Of a stretch of 64,000 bases of DNA, positions 1-9,729 are shown piece after piece. The DNA is from Lingula anatina. Its lineage: Eukaryota; Animalia; Brachiopoda. Position 1 is the stretch's first letter; every line of letters starts with the position of its first letter. A program made the translations under genes and the position numbers. The DNA is taken from NCBI GenBank assembly GCA_051362555.1, contig CM120642.1, positions 14,322,001-14,386,000 of the forward strand. The letters are read 5' to 3'. Below the pieces are notes generated by a model. That model made no database searches. It worked only from the letters and a program-made list of their open reading frames with translations, and was not told the origin of the DNA.

Positions 1-111
1 TTTCTTTTAAAATGACAGTTTCAACAAACTAACAGTAAAAAGACTTGGCAAACACTGTAAATATTGAACATTTGTATCAATGTCATGTACAAATAGCTTG
101 GAATTACATAC

Positions 112-165
112 CTGTCCAACATTTATTAGCTGGTTAGCTTGGTCCACAGCAAACAGCAGTTTACC
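112..165 (-). CDS. COMMD6: COMMD6 coding exon 6 (GKLLFAVDQANQLINVGQ)
   Basis: 54 nt; acceptor cttcag|, donor CAG|GTATGT. Confidence 0.85.
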
Positions 166-2110
166 CTGAAGTTGAGGATAAAAAAGTCCATAGAAAAGGT
201 TCATGTGTCTGTTACAGATTCTTGATATGTAAAGATGCACATATTTTGTGATGAGGCAATGGATATGAATGGCATACACACTTAGTGAGGAAATACCTGT
301 ACATGTAAACTCTGATAGAGACAAAGATAAAAATATTCTATTCATTGTTGAGATAGATCCTGAGTTGATACAGTTAACAGGAATGTAGCGATGAACACTG
401 ACATAATTCGTTTAAGAAAAAAAAAAGCGTATCATAAATATACAAAACAGAAATACTAAAATATCACAAAGTGTGTGTGTGTGTGTCCCAAACCTTCCTA
501 GTGTGTAGCAGATAGAATTAAAATTTTAACCTGCTGGTTCCATATATGTTTTAACGTTGCCTGTGCACTCTCACTGAAGGCCGAGCTGCTTTGTAGCTGT
601 GATGTTAACTCTGCTGTACTGTACTTCAATCTGGCAGCAGTTCTTCATGTAAGAGAAAAGAGATAATTTAAAATTGCGTTTGGTGATCTCAACAACAGCA
701 ATTGTATTGTAAGTTCCTCAATTCAACAAAGAGATAAAGCAAGAATATATAGTACTACGTAACAATAGGCATGATTTAGTAAGAAATTTAGCCTTGTATT
801 GGTATCCATAGTTACTAAAGTAAAACAAAACAGAAAGATTCTCATTGAAATATACTGTATTTTCTAGCAATCATTTACCTAAATAAATAGGTAAGTGCAT
901 TCACGGAACTTTGTATGGCTTTTTCAGTGAGTGCTTCATTTTCAACCAATGACTTCTGAAAAAAACAAACCAAAATGTTATTCACCAGCTTTACATGACA
1001 AGAGGCCTTGAGAGAAATTTTAAATGCTGTATCAAAGTCATAGAAGTTTTTTTTTTCAGCTTGATTTATGCCATAAAAGCAGTAATAACTTTAAAAAAGT
1101 AAACATACTTACATTGTGTAGTGCTTTTACATTAATACTGCCAATTTTATACTGTAAGAACTGCATGACTTCATGGCACTAAATAAAAAGTTACAGGTCA
1201 AATTTCAGGAATTTCAACATTTCAAAAATATGATTTTAGAACACAAAAATTCACTGAAATGTTACTTCAACTTTTAAGTATAGTACTTTGTCTTTCGATA
1301 TCTTATAAGTGAAAGTTCGCCTTGTGACTGTCTAACTTTACCCAAAATAGTTTTTTTCTTAAATATTGAGTTTTTAAAAAGATCTATATAATTGTTGACA
1401 CTTACCATTTCTGCCAGTACATCTTGTGGCAGTTTATTGATTATTTCCACTGCTCCATAGAAGCCTTAACAGGAATTAAAAGAATGCAATATTAGAATCA
1501 CATGAGGCAAATATTGTTATAGTAGGGTTTGATACTTAATTGGGGCATATATGGTCTTACTATTAATTTAATGCACTGTCTGATAAAAATTAACGTAAAT
1601 TAATGTTTGTTTGTTTTTTCGTAACAAAATTAATGAATGGAATATTTTCGTTACTGGTGATACTGTAAAGGTACATTTATATGTTATGATGGTGTGACTT
1701 GTTAACTTAGCTCATGAGTCAATTAAATGAAAATAACGTCTCAGTAATTGTATTCTACCAAGATATCAATAAAATGAACCTGCGCGGTGTATCCGGTATT
1801 GTTGATGGGAGAAGCTGTTATTGTAACTTGTGTCTTACCACTACTGTTAGTGGTGTCCGCGTATATATTAAATACCAATACAAGTTATAGTACTAGTACA
1901 GTACTACTACTGGACCGGTAGTAGGCGCGGGTACATGCGAATTCTGCCTTAAATAGGAAAAAATACCCTCCTCGACGTCATAACCAACTAGGAAACATTC
2001 TAATAAAACCCAAAACTAATGTGTTTAGACAGTGCTTGATCCTGAACAGCATAGGCTAATCGTTGCACATTATTACCTTGAGGAGCCTGGTGAAGTATTG
2101 AGGCCGACAT
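112..2110 (-). CDS. COMMD6: COMM domain-containing protein 6, long form with N-terminal helical domain; 5' part (6 coding exons), gene continues past the left edge
   Basis: Six GT-AG exons (2110-2077, 1464-1406, 1178-1113, 955-879, 642-531, 165-112) have compatible phases and splice into one open frame: MSASILHQAPQGFYGAVEIINKLPQDVLAEMCHEVMQFLQYKIGSINVKALHNKSLVENEALTEKAIQSSVNALTYLFRTAARLKYSTAELTSQLQSSSAFSESAQATLKHIWNQQGKLLFAVDQANQLINVGQ. This has the COMMD helical-domain pattern (..FRxAA.., ..W.QQG..) and ends in GQ, where the COMM domain (LVDxQWKLG) is expected next. The paralog assignment is from recalled non-mammalian COMMD6 sequences. Confidence 0.85.
531..642 (-). CDS. COMMD6: COMMD6 coding exon 5 (TAARLKYSTAELTSQLQSSSAFSESAQATLKHIWNQQ)
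   Basis: 112 nt; acceptor ctcttttctcttacatgaag|, donor CAG|GTTAAA; phases fit both neighbours. Confidence 0.85.
879..955 (-). CDS. COMMD6: COMMD6 coding exon 4 (KSLVENEALTEKAIQSSVNALTYLF-R)
   Basis: 77 nt; acceptor ttttttcag|, donor TAG|GTAAAT. Confidence 0.85.
1113..1178 (-). CDS. COMMD6: COMMD6 coding exon 3 (CHEVMQFLQYKIGSINVKALHN)
   Basis: 66 nt; acceptor tttttatttag|, donor |GTAAGT. Confidence 0.85.
1406..1464 (-). CDS. COMMD6: COMMD6 coding exon 2 (FYGAVEIINKLPQDVLAEM)
   Basis: 59 nt; acceptor ttaag|, donor ATG|GTAAGT. Confidence 0.85.
2077..2110 (-). CDS. COMMD6: COMMD6 coding exon 1 (MSASILHQAPQ-G)
   Basis: aaaATGTCGGCC start; 34 nt; donor AAG|GTAATA; phase 1 matches the next exon. 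Confidence 0.8.
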
Positions 2111-2125
2111 TTTGTAGCACTGAAA

Positions 2126-2157
2126 GTCATGTGACGGTGTAAAACAAGTCACGTGAC
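2126..2157. promoter_or_regulatory. Paired extended E-boxes (GTCATGTGAC and GTCACGTGAC; M-box/CLEAR or USF type) immediately upstream of the COMMD6 ATG
   Basis: GTCATGTGAC at 2126-2135 and the perfect palindrome GTCACGTGAC at 2148-2157, 16-47 nt upstream of the start codon. Confidence 0.55.
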
Positions 2158-2595
2158 AATACCAAGGTGGCACGCGCACTGACATGAAGAAACAGCAAGG
2201 AACAGCAGTCCTACACGTAAATGAGGTAGCGTTCGTGATGTACATAACCACGGGTTGAAAAAAAAACTTATTTAATTAGCCAGTAAATTTCCAAGCTAAT
2301 TTTTGTGAAGAGACACTTGTAAATCAAAGATACCACATTATTAGTTTTGTAAAAACATTGAAGAGTTGACTTCTTTATAAATATAACGGTGATGTTTTAC
2401 TTTTAAAAGCTATCAACGAAGGTGCAAATTAGAAAACCAAATCAAGCTTAGAATAAATAAATAAATTTAAAAAATAACACCTCAGGGCTAATCAGGCGAG
2501 CACGGTACAGTGGCAGGTAAAGAAAACGCTTAAATAACTGCATGGTCTTTACACTGCTGTCAGCCCCTTGTCATATCATTAAGTGAAGAAGTTTT

Positions 2596-2805
2596 GGGAG
2601 ACCGGGGTTTAGTTGGACCCAGGGGTAATTGGCTCCTCGTCAATTTATGAAAAAGTTCCCACGAAGTAAAAAGTTTAATCACATAATCTTGTAAATTGAC
2701 TATATCCGACAATGCCACGAAAACGTCAGTTATAAAAAATTACTTCATCGGTGAGTCCGAAAAAAGTTTTCTGAAATTAACTTTGTTGGCGAAATTTCAA
2801 AATCT
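2596..2805. mobile_element. Possible DNA transposon end fragment
   Basis: Starts GGGAGACCGGGGTTTAGTTGGACCCAGGGGTAATTGG, an internally repetitive motif resembling TIR and sub-TIR ends of invertebrate non-autonomous DNA transposons. No partner end was found. Confidence 0.3.
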
Positions 2806-2807
2806 AT

Positions 2808-3125
2808 TTAGTTGAAGCTATTAACATCAGGCTGCATGGGCCAAAGCTCAATAAAAATGATGGGACTGAGTTACCCAACCTCTGTCTTCCACTATTTAGG
2901 GAGGGGTGGGGCACCTGACTAGACAGCACACTTGAGGGGTGGCAGGTTATAATACCTATCACAGCCCTTATTTCCCTGATGAAGTCTGTCTGTCAGCAGA
3001 CGAAATATTGGCTGGTAAATTTCATTGAATTTTCAATAGCTATTCACAAAAGGCACTCTACTGGTCATAACTTTTTCTCTGTTATTTGCATTCTTTTACA
3101 GACCAGAGTGACACTTTGTCTTCCC
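2808..3125 (+). mobile_element. Penelope-like retroelement 3' fragment (C-terminus of the GIY-YIG endonuclease plus 3' terminal region)
   Basis: Frame from 2808 reads LVEAINIRLHGPKLNKNDGTELPNLCLPLF, matching the PLE C-terminal pattern EAIxIxxxxPxLNxxxGxxLP. A hammerhead core follows about 80 nt later, as is typical of PLE termini. Confidence 0.75.
2968..3020 (+). ncRNA. Hammerhead ribozyme-like motif (minimal PLE type I variant)
   Basis: CTGATGA (2976-2982), A, stem II GTCTG (2984-2988) pairing with CAGAC (2997-3001), GAAA (3002-3005) overlapping the palindrome AATATT. Stem I and the cleavage triplet are weak or non-canonical. Confidence 0.6.
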
Positions 3126-3768
3126 CTCGTTTTTTTTCTCCATCCCCAAATATCCCGCATTTGATGTTTTTTTTTTTTCAATGTACATATCAGAAATAAG
3201 AATTAAATAATGGTTGCATCAAAAACAGATATGATGGCTTCAATGAGAAAGAAAATATTATTGTTTAACAACAAAAAATGTATATACAACAAATAAGCGT
3301 ATACGACCCGAAGCTTATAATAGTCCGGATTGGATGTAAGTTGTCAGAGGTAAGGGCGGTTAATTTCTGTTCTTCGCAAATAATGCTCCATGCCAGCAAT
3401 TTGGAATTCCTGGACATGTAATGCCATTTGGTTCACTTTGTGATTTTTTCTGTGGACTTTTGTTTAACCTTTCTTTGGAGTCCTAAATCTGCGATTTTGT
3501 TTTATGTGATTGAAAAAGATGGGACTATATCTGGCATCGCATTTACAGCACAATACCCATAACCTGCCTCTTGAAACCAATTACAAGAAACAACAAGTTG
3601 AAGAGAAAACAGTATTTTATTGATATAGCTTGTCCGCAAAGCTCAGCAAAAATGCAATTCAATCTCTATACAAAAGAATCGAAGCTGAATGATAGTTTAT
3701 ATGAGTACACTATCTCTTGCAAAATTGGTCAAGACAATTGTTTCATAACTGCGTGATCATGCATCTGT

Positions 3769-3769
<1 letters not shown>

Positions 3770-3801
<32 letters not shown>
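3770..3801. repeat. poly(T) tract, 32 nt
   Basis: Directly visible. Confidence 0.95.
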
Positions 3802-3803
<2 letters not shown>

Positions 3804-3810
3804 AGTATGT

Positions 3811-3982
3811 TGGTGTGAAGAAACTGAGGGTCCATGTAACAGAGAGTCCACCCTCCATTTAATTATATAACAGTTAGGGTTAGCCTGACGCGAGTGGGTC
3901 AAAATCTAGGGCGAGGCTTGCCTGTGCAAATTAATGGGGACCGGACTCTCTGTCATGGGGACTCTCTGTCACGTCACACCGG
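3811..3982. mobile_element. MITE-like element with terminal and subterminal inverted repeats
   Basis: TGGTGTGA...TCACACCGG termini; left subterminal ACAGAGAGTCC is inverted against two right-hand copies of GGACTCTCTGT. Confidence 0.5.
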
Positions 3983-4087
3983 TGTGGAACGAATTGGAGT
4001 CCTAAGAATGGAAGTCCAGGGTCCCATATGATTAGCACAGGTTAAAGGCTTAGACGTGGTATTGGGGTTACAGTCTGCGGATTTTTT

Positions 4088-4920
4088 TTACCACAAACGT
4101 CGTGGAAGACTGCACTCCTGACGCGTATTTCTAGTACCAAGAATATATCTCTGAACGCAGTTTCCCCCTGCTCTGCCGTAGTCGTTTGCCACCCTATCCT
4201 CGGCACTATCTGAGCCGTGAGATCCACCACTCTGCGCCCATTCCCTGGCCTCACTGAGTAGGATTGAAAAAAAAAATACGACTGTTATGACAAAACACGA
4301 TTATGGTTGTATGCTGTAGAAATCACACAACTGAATTCTTAGATAAACCCATTTCAATATACAATAACAATTTATACCTATATATCAAAACAAAGCAACG
4401 CTATTTTCCTTCAGAATGATTGCAATATGATAGCAGTAGTTTTTTAAAAAACGTTTTAAACAGACCAATATGGATTTCATTTACAATATCTAGATGAAAA
4501 ATATCAAAGGTTTTAAGTAGAGGCAAGGAGTTATAACTCCTTGGTAGAGGTAATTATTTCCGGCTTTGGAAGTTTTCATATCTGTGCAAGAGACAGAAAT
4601 ATGGAACTGCAACCTTACCTGATAGCCTTTGCCGTAAGTTTACCACAATAACCTAAACGTCCAGCCTCATAGTTGCCTCTGCAGTGGAAATATTTGTCGC
4701 AGTTTTGCCAGTTTGCTCGCCTCATGTCATAGTAAGCCCTTAGCATCCGACCCGCAGCTGCCCCAGCAGTGGCGGCACAATACGCTGGCACAGCTTAGAT
4801 TGCACGGTTTATCCATCGTGGTAAACCCCGCTTCACTCTGGACGCAGCGACATCGCTGTCAACCGCAGTGCTGAGGTGGAACAATACGGCGAGGAATATC
4901 CCAAAAACGAAGACTGTTGT
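4088..4920 (-). pseudogene. SAA: Serum amyloid A-like gene (Cys-rich variant), two exons visible, in-frame TAA at 4795-4797; start exon not located
   Basis: Exon 4920-4619 (302 nt, tttcag|...AG|GTAAGG) reads TTVFVFGIFLAVLFHLSTAVDSDVAASRVKRGLPRWINRAI*AVPAYCAATAGAAAGRMLRAYYDMRRANWQNCDKYFHCRGNYEAGRLGYCGKLTAKAIS. Exon 4253-4088 reads EAREWAQSGGSHGSDSAEDRVANDYGRAGGNCVQRYILGTRNTRQECSLPRRLW*. SAA hallmarks are present (RAYxDMRxAN, DKYFHxRGNY, ISxARE, DSxxDxxANxxGR), and the phase-2 intron in AIS falls where vertebrate SAA has one. Confidence 0.9.
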
Positions 4921-5076
4921 CTGAAATAAACATCATAGACCATGCTCATTCATCGATGTATGGTAGTTTGTAATGCATTTCGCTTTAAGTTAGAAAAGAG
5001 GGAGCACACCTAATGTTTTTTAAGATACTGAGATAAAATTAATTTATGATAAAATTGAATTAGAGAAGTGTAAAAT

Positions 5077-5121
5077 GTGTGTTTGTGTGTGTGCGTGTGT
5101 GTGTGTGAGAGGGGGGGGGGT
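5077..5121. repeat. Imperfect (TG)n microsatellite followed by a G-run
   Basis: Directly visible. Confidence 0.85.
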
Positions 5122-5376
5122 GAAATAACATTGCAACACATGTACTGCTTACAATCACCTTTATCATTTATAATTTGTTGCATAATAACGGGGTTAAACG
5201 AATGATTGAATGTTTTTTGTCATCCGGTTTAATTAGAACCTAGAATCTAGGACCATAAATATCTTGCATCCCAGCTAAAATACAGCTCTTTTCAATACCA
5301 CTTAAGTTACAGCATTGACATAGAATATTGAAACTGTATTGAACAGTTTCATGGTCATGTTTACACTCCCCTCCAT

Positions 5377-5510
5377 CTGGGCCCCGTAACTCGAAAGCAT
5401 CGCGCATTGCGACCGAGCGCAAGCGTCTCGATTCCATAACTCGCCCATACTCGCCCCATATAATAATACATTGTAGCCTCTATTTGATGCTTTCGAGTTA
5501 CGGAGCCCTG
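5377..5510. mobile_element. MITE (PIF/Harbinger-like) with 23-bp TIRs
   Basis: GGGCCCCGTAACTCGAAAGCATC (5379-5401) versus GATGCTTTCGAGTTACGGAGCCC (5486-5508), one mismatch; CTG at both ends. The superfamily assignment is inference. Confidence 0.7.
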
Positions 5511-6850
5511 AAGTGTTATTTTAATGGATAATAGGCTAAACGAGGATCCATTACATGATTCTCGATCAAAACGTGCAAAATCAAATTTTAAAAAGCTCTC
5601 TAAAAACGACTTATAAATTAGGATCAGCATTTCGCTATTGATACACAAGATATCTTGAAGGTTTCATTTCCCTGGTAAACGCTTCTTTCCATAAATGGAC
5701 ACTACCCATTTTAGACAACCGCTCAAACCCCAACTTTGCGACTTCGCTATGCGGTGCAACGAAGCAAAATGAAAAACATGGATTTCATGGGTTGTAGTCA
5801 TTTTGGTTGAACATTCGCGGATTTGGACTATAGTATGTACAATACCTTTTTCATCTTCCAACACCTAGCTTCTATATATGCAGTCACTCTGAAGGTCGAA
5901 GTGGACTGGCTTCACTGGTGCAGGACCTGTAAGCGAAAACCAAGTTAACAAAGGCTTATAGATATCCCCTTATATACATTTTTCTGAAAGGGATCGGTCG
6001 TCCTAGATTAGGATATGATAACAACAAAAAAAAAATGGTCCAGGATCTAATGATGTAGCGAGACATCTGTAACAACCTATGCGTCATTTTTTTTCTGCAG
6101 CCTCACTGGAGGAGAAAACATCTTATAATTTTACAGTGTAACGACAGATAAAAAGTGTCGTTGTCATTATATTATAGATATGATTTGAAGAAAATTAAAG
6201 CTAGAGGACATTTTGTGGTTTCGAAGTATTGATAGTGTTCTGACAAATTAAGTTGGCATTAAAGAAATTATGCCTTGTGGAAAAAACAATTAAGTGAAAT
6301 ATGGTTCTTCTAAGAAAAACGTTTGTGGTTTCTGCTGAAATTAAAGTGACATTTATGAGGAAAGTCATTTCGCATGGGGTGGTTTGTTTATAGTCCTTGA
6401 AGTTATTACATTTCTGAAAAACATCCGCTTTCAGCAGAACTTTAAACTTTTAATAGTTTGTTCCTTGAAATTGGTATAGAACTGTCCTCGAAAACGGAGC
6501 CTTGAACTTTTACTTGCTTGTTGACTTCCTTGTTTGGAGCAGCTGTCATTTTGTCTAATTGCTAATTTAGAGTTGAATTATACATTGTTTGATCTGGAGT
6601 CCACTCTTCGAACCACATCAAATGCTTGAAATAGACCTGAGAAAGTAATACAGGCAGTTCAGATAAAGAGAAAAGAGTGCATGGAATTTTTTACTTAGTT
6701 AAAGTTTTTTTAGTGTAAAAATGCACTTTATTCTTAAGATGTTTTCTAATTTAGATAAATGCACTTCATTGTTAATATATGATATTTTCTATTTTAAATA
6801 AATTCCTTGCATTCTTAAAATATCATTTCTTTATAAAAGGATATGACTAA

Positions 6851-6856
<6 letters not shown>

Positions 6857-6902
<46 letters not shown>

Positions 6903-6922
6903 GCGCGCGCGCGCGCGCGCGC
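6857..6922. repeat. Compound microsatellite (TC)17(AC)6(GC)10
   Basis: Directly visible: TC 6857-6890, AC 6891-6902, GC 6903-6922. Confidence 0.95.
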
Positions 6923-7460
6923 TTTCTCATTATGTATACAGTCACTGCATAGTAAGTGTGTGCACTTGGTACTAGATCTAGAAGTTAATATTGGCAGTAG
7001 GCTATAGTGCTATGCGTATGTTAACTGTAATAATAACTGGACTACCCCCTGTATCCACATTGACAGTTGATTGGAGAGATGGTCTCACATGACTGATGAC
7101 AGGTGGGATGTGAGCGGAGCCTGGCACACTTGGGTCTGGAAATTTTCTAAATTGAAAAATCAGAAAATAAAGTTCCAACACTGAAAGTTATCTCTGATCA
7201 ATAGCTTAGTGTACCATAATTCTTGCTATCATGTCGTACCTCCCACAACCTGTTTAAACAATTTCTGTGTGCCATTTTTTATTTGGTTTTAAACTATCCC
7301 TTCCCATTGACACACCCCTTGACACACCCCCTGTGGATGGCATCTGGTGCTGTTCATTTCGTTGTTTTGTAATCTTGTGTATTAGCCCCTCCCAATGTCA
7401 CAACACTCCCTTAAATGCCATCTTCTAACTTCTGTCACTGCCTGACAAGATTAGTAGTCC

Positions 7461-7690
7461 TAGGGGTGTATTTCCAGAGATTTAGATCGATCCAGGGATT
7501 AAAATTTAGATCGACCTAACTCCCTGGGGGTTCACGCTAAATTGCAGTCAGACGAGCGCGCACCATAGTTAATTACCCCTTTGCAGCTTTTAGTAGGCGG
7601 GACAGACGCTTAAGCCGGCTAAGCTGACAGTAATCTAGTGAGATTTCCACAGGGATAGATCGATCTAAAGTCTATGGAAATGGGGTCCTA
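7461..7690. mobile_element. MITE with imperfect ~32-bp TIRs
   Basis: TAGGGGTGTATTTCCAGAGATTTAGATCGATC at the left end versus GATCGATCTAAAGTCTATGGAAATGGGGTCCTA at the right end (reverse complement TAGGACCCCATTTCCATAGACTTTAGATCGATC). Confidence 0.65.
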
Positions 7691-7899
7691 TATACAGCAA
7701 TGAAAGTCCACGGTCCCATGTGATAAGTGAAGGTAAGATTTGCTGGAAGCAAGTTCAGTATATCGGACAAATATCACCTGTTACAGGACAAGGCTGTAAG
7801 GTTCCCAGGAGATTCCCACTATCTTCTAATTGTATATAGGTTTCTTGATATCTAACCCCTCCCAATGCCACACCCTCTCTCTAGCCACACCCTACTCAC

Positions 7900-8061
7900 C
7901 TGTCTGAGAGCCGTCTCCTGTTGCTTCTTGCTATAGTGTCCCTGGGTGCCACTTCCTGGCCCTGGCCTCCAGCACGTCCATAACTAACACTCTGGCCTGA
8001 GAGCTGAGACACTGGTCCTTCGCAGCCTGAGGTATTGTGTTGAATATCAGGTTGAGGGTAG
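7900..8061 (-). CDS. Isolated 162-nt exon encoding the C-terminal helices of a MIF4G-like domain; TAG at 7931-7933 (natural end or nonsense mutation)
   Basis: Strong splice sites ctttcatttcag|...CAG|GTGAGT. The phase-1 frame reads TLNLIFNTIPQAAKDQCLSSQARVLVMDVLEARARKWHPGTL*, resembling the eIF4G MIF4G end (YFNQM...[22 protein letters not shown]). A second frame is fully open but has no recognisable motif. Confidence 0.6.
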
Positions 8062-9729
8062 CTGAAATGAAAGGTGTGGTCATCATCAACATGGACTGAC
8101 TGTACAATTTCAGTGAGAACCAACTATATACTAAGGAAGGTGGATGTTTTAAAAATTTGCATTCAAATATGGTTCAATGACTGCTTTATCTTTAACGGAA
8201 AGGTGCTCAGATTACTAATCTAGGCAGCAATTAATTAATATTAAAACCGAGAATACAGGTGACAGAAAAAGAAGTATCTTATAATTAAAGAGAGTGAGAG
8301 TGACAACAATTACAAGTGACTTTTGGTCACTTGCTGTGAAGCGCCCCCCCCCCCCCACTTCCCTCTGGGAAATGCACAAACAGTCAGATGGCAGCCGTCA
8401 CGAATAACGCCGTTTCGTGGCATTTGCGATGGCCAACGTGAAAAACCATATCTTGCGAATAAAGCTCTTTTAAAATCAAACTAGGTCACTCTGTGCAGTC
8501 ATTTTATAAAGGCATGTAGAAAAACACGCAATCTTACTCGAAGTATCAGAGAATTACGTTAATGAGCATTAATTATGAATGAAAAACGGACACTATTTTA
8601 GAACTTCGGAAAAAAATGGAGCAAAAATTGTATCTCGCAATAGTGCGAGAAAAAAGTTGCCAGCCTGACTTGTTTTCATTTTTAGATATGAGTTACAATA
8701 TTATCTTAGGTTTAAAATTTCAAAGTTTGAAGAATGCTATGTGAGATCTTCTCAGTCTTGCATCATTAATTTAATTATACATTTATAATATATTGATTTA
8801 ATGCTAAATTACAATCGCTTTGTGGCAATGTTGCAGGCTTGGGCCTATTTTCACCCCAAAAAGATGACAAATTACACGAGTCATTAATATTTAAATAAAT
8901 TCCCCGTATGTTTCAGTTTTAATAAATATACATCAAAATTATATTTTATACAAATAGGCCTATAGCAACACACTGTGCTCACAGAAAAAAATGAAACTTA
9001 GAATAAGACATTTTTCATAAAAAAACAAAACAATTAGTAAATAGAATATTATAGCATTTGTTTATGTCACAGCTCTGTTTAGATAACTATTTTCTATTAT
9101 TATTTAAAAGCAGTTAGATCCTATATATTAACAAAGATAAAGAGCAAATCTATTTTACATGTAACTGGGTGGTCCTGACCCCTCCCCCTTCGGTTTCTGA
9201 AAAATATATCACACCAATATTCCCCTCTTGAAAAAATTTTTGACTAGCTGAATCATAGTTCTTAACCGTACCAAAGAGCACTGTTTGCCCTCAAAAACAT
9301 CAAAAATTTTTCGGGGCCCTTGAGCAGGCAACGAACCCCACGCCTAGGGGGGGTGATGGTCGGCTTCGAGGTCTGTCGTTCCGGACCCCCATTCTAATAA
9401 TCCTGGATCGGCCCATGAAACCCATCAATTTAGGAAAATTATCTTTAATAAGAATATAAATATGTATCGTCTAAAATGTTTGTGTTCATAGTTTTTTGTC
9501 TATTGAGGGTAAGGGGGTAGAAGAAGGGGAATGATCAGACCTTCAATTACCCATTTTTCGCAATCCCCCGTTATTTGCCATAGATTGACATCATTAAATA
9601 GGCTTCATATTAAAGTAGCAAAATCACCTATTCTACGCACATCGCACCATTGAAATCGAAAAGTAATTAACGGTACATGTCCAATAGGGCCTACTTAATT
9701 TCTCGGATCATTGGCCTTACCTCCATTTT

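Noticed and set aside
7-345. 112-aa minus-strand ORF
   Set aside because: Only 112-165 is a real COMMD6 exon; the rest is intron read-through. The same applies to ORF 2000-2251 around exon 1.
4042-4254. 70-aa minus-strand ORF
   Set aside because: It is the wrong frame of the SAA last exon.
5865-6640. Candidate minus-strand acceptors near 5926 and 6637 as further exons of the MIF4G-like or SAA gene
   Set aside because: There is no recognisable peptide and no convincing donor pairing, so they cannot be supported without RNA data.
8380-9420. Sequence with the flavour of non-autonomous DNA transposon interiors and a CTGGATCGGCCC end motif
   Set aside because: No paired TIRs or target-site duplications could be defined by eye.
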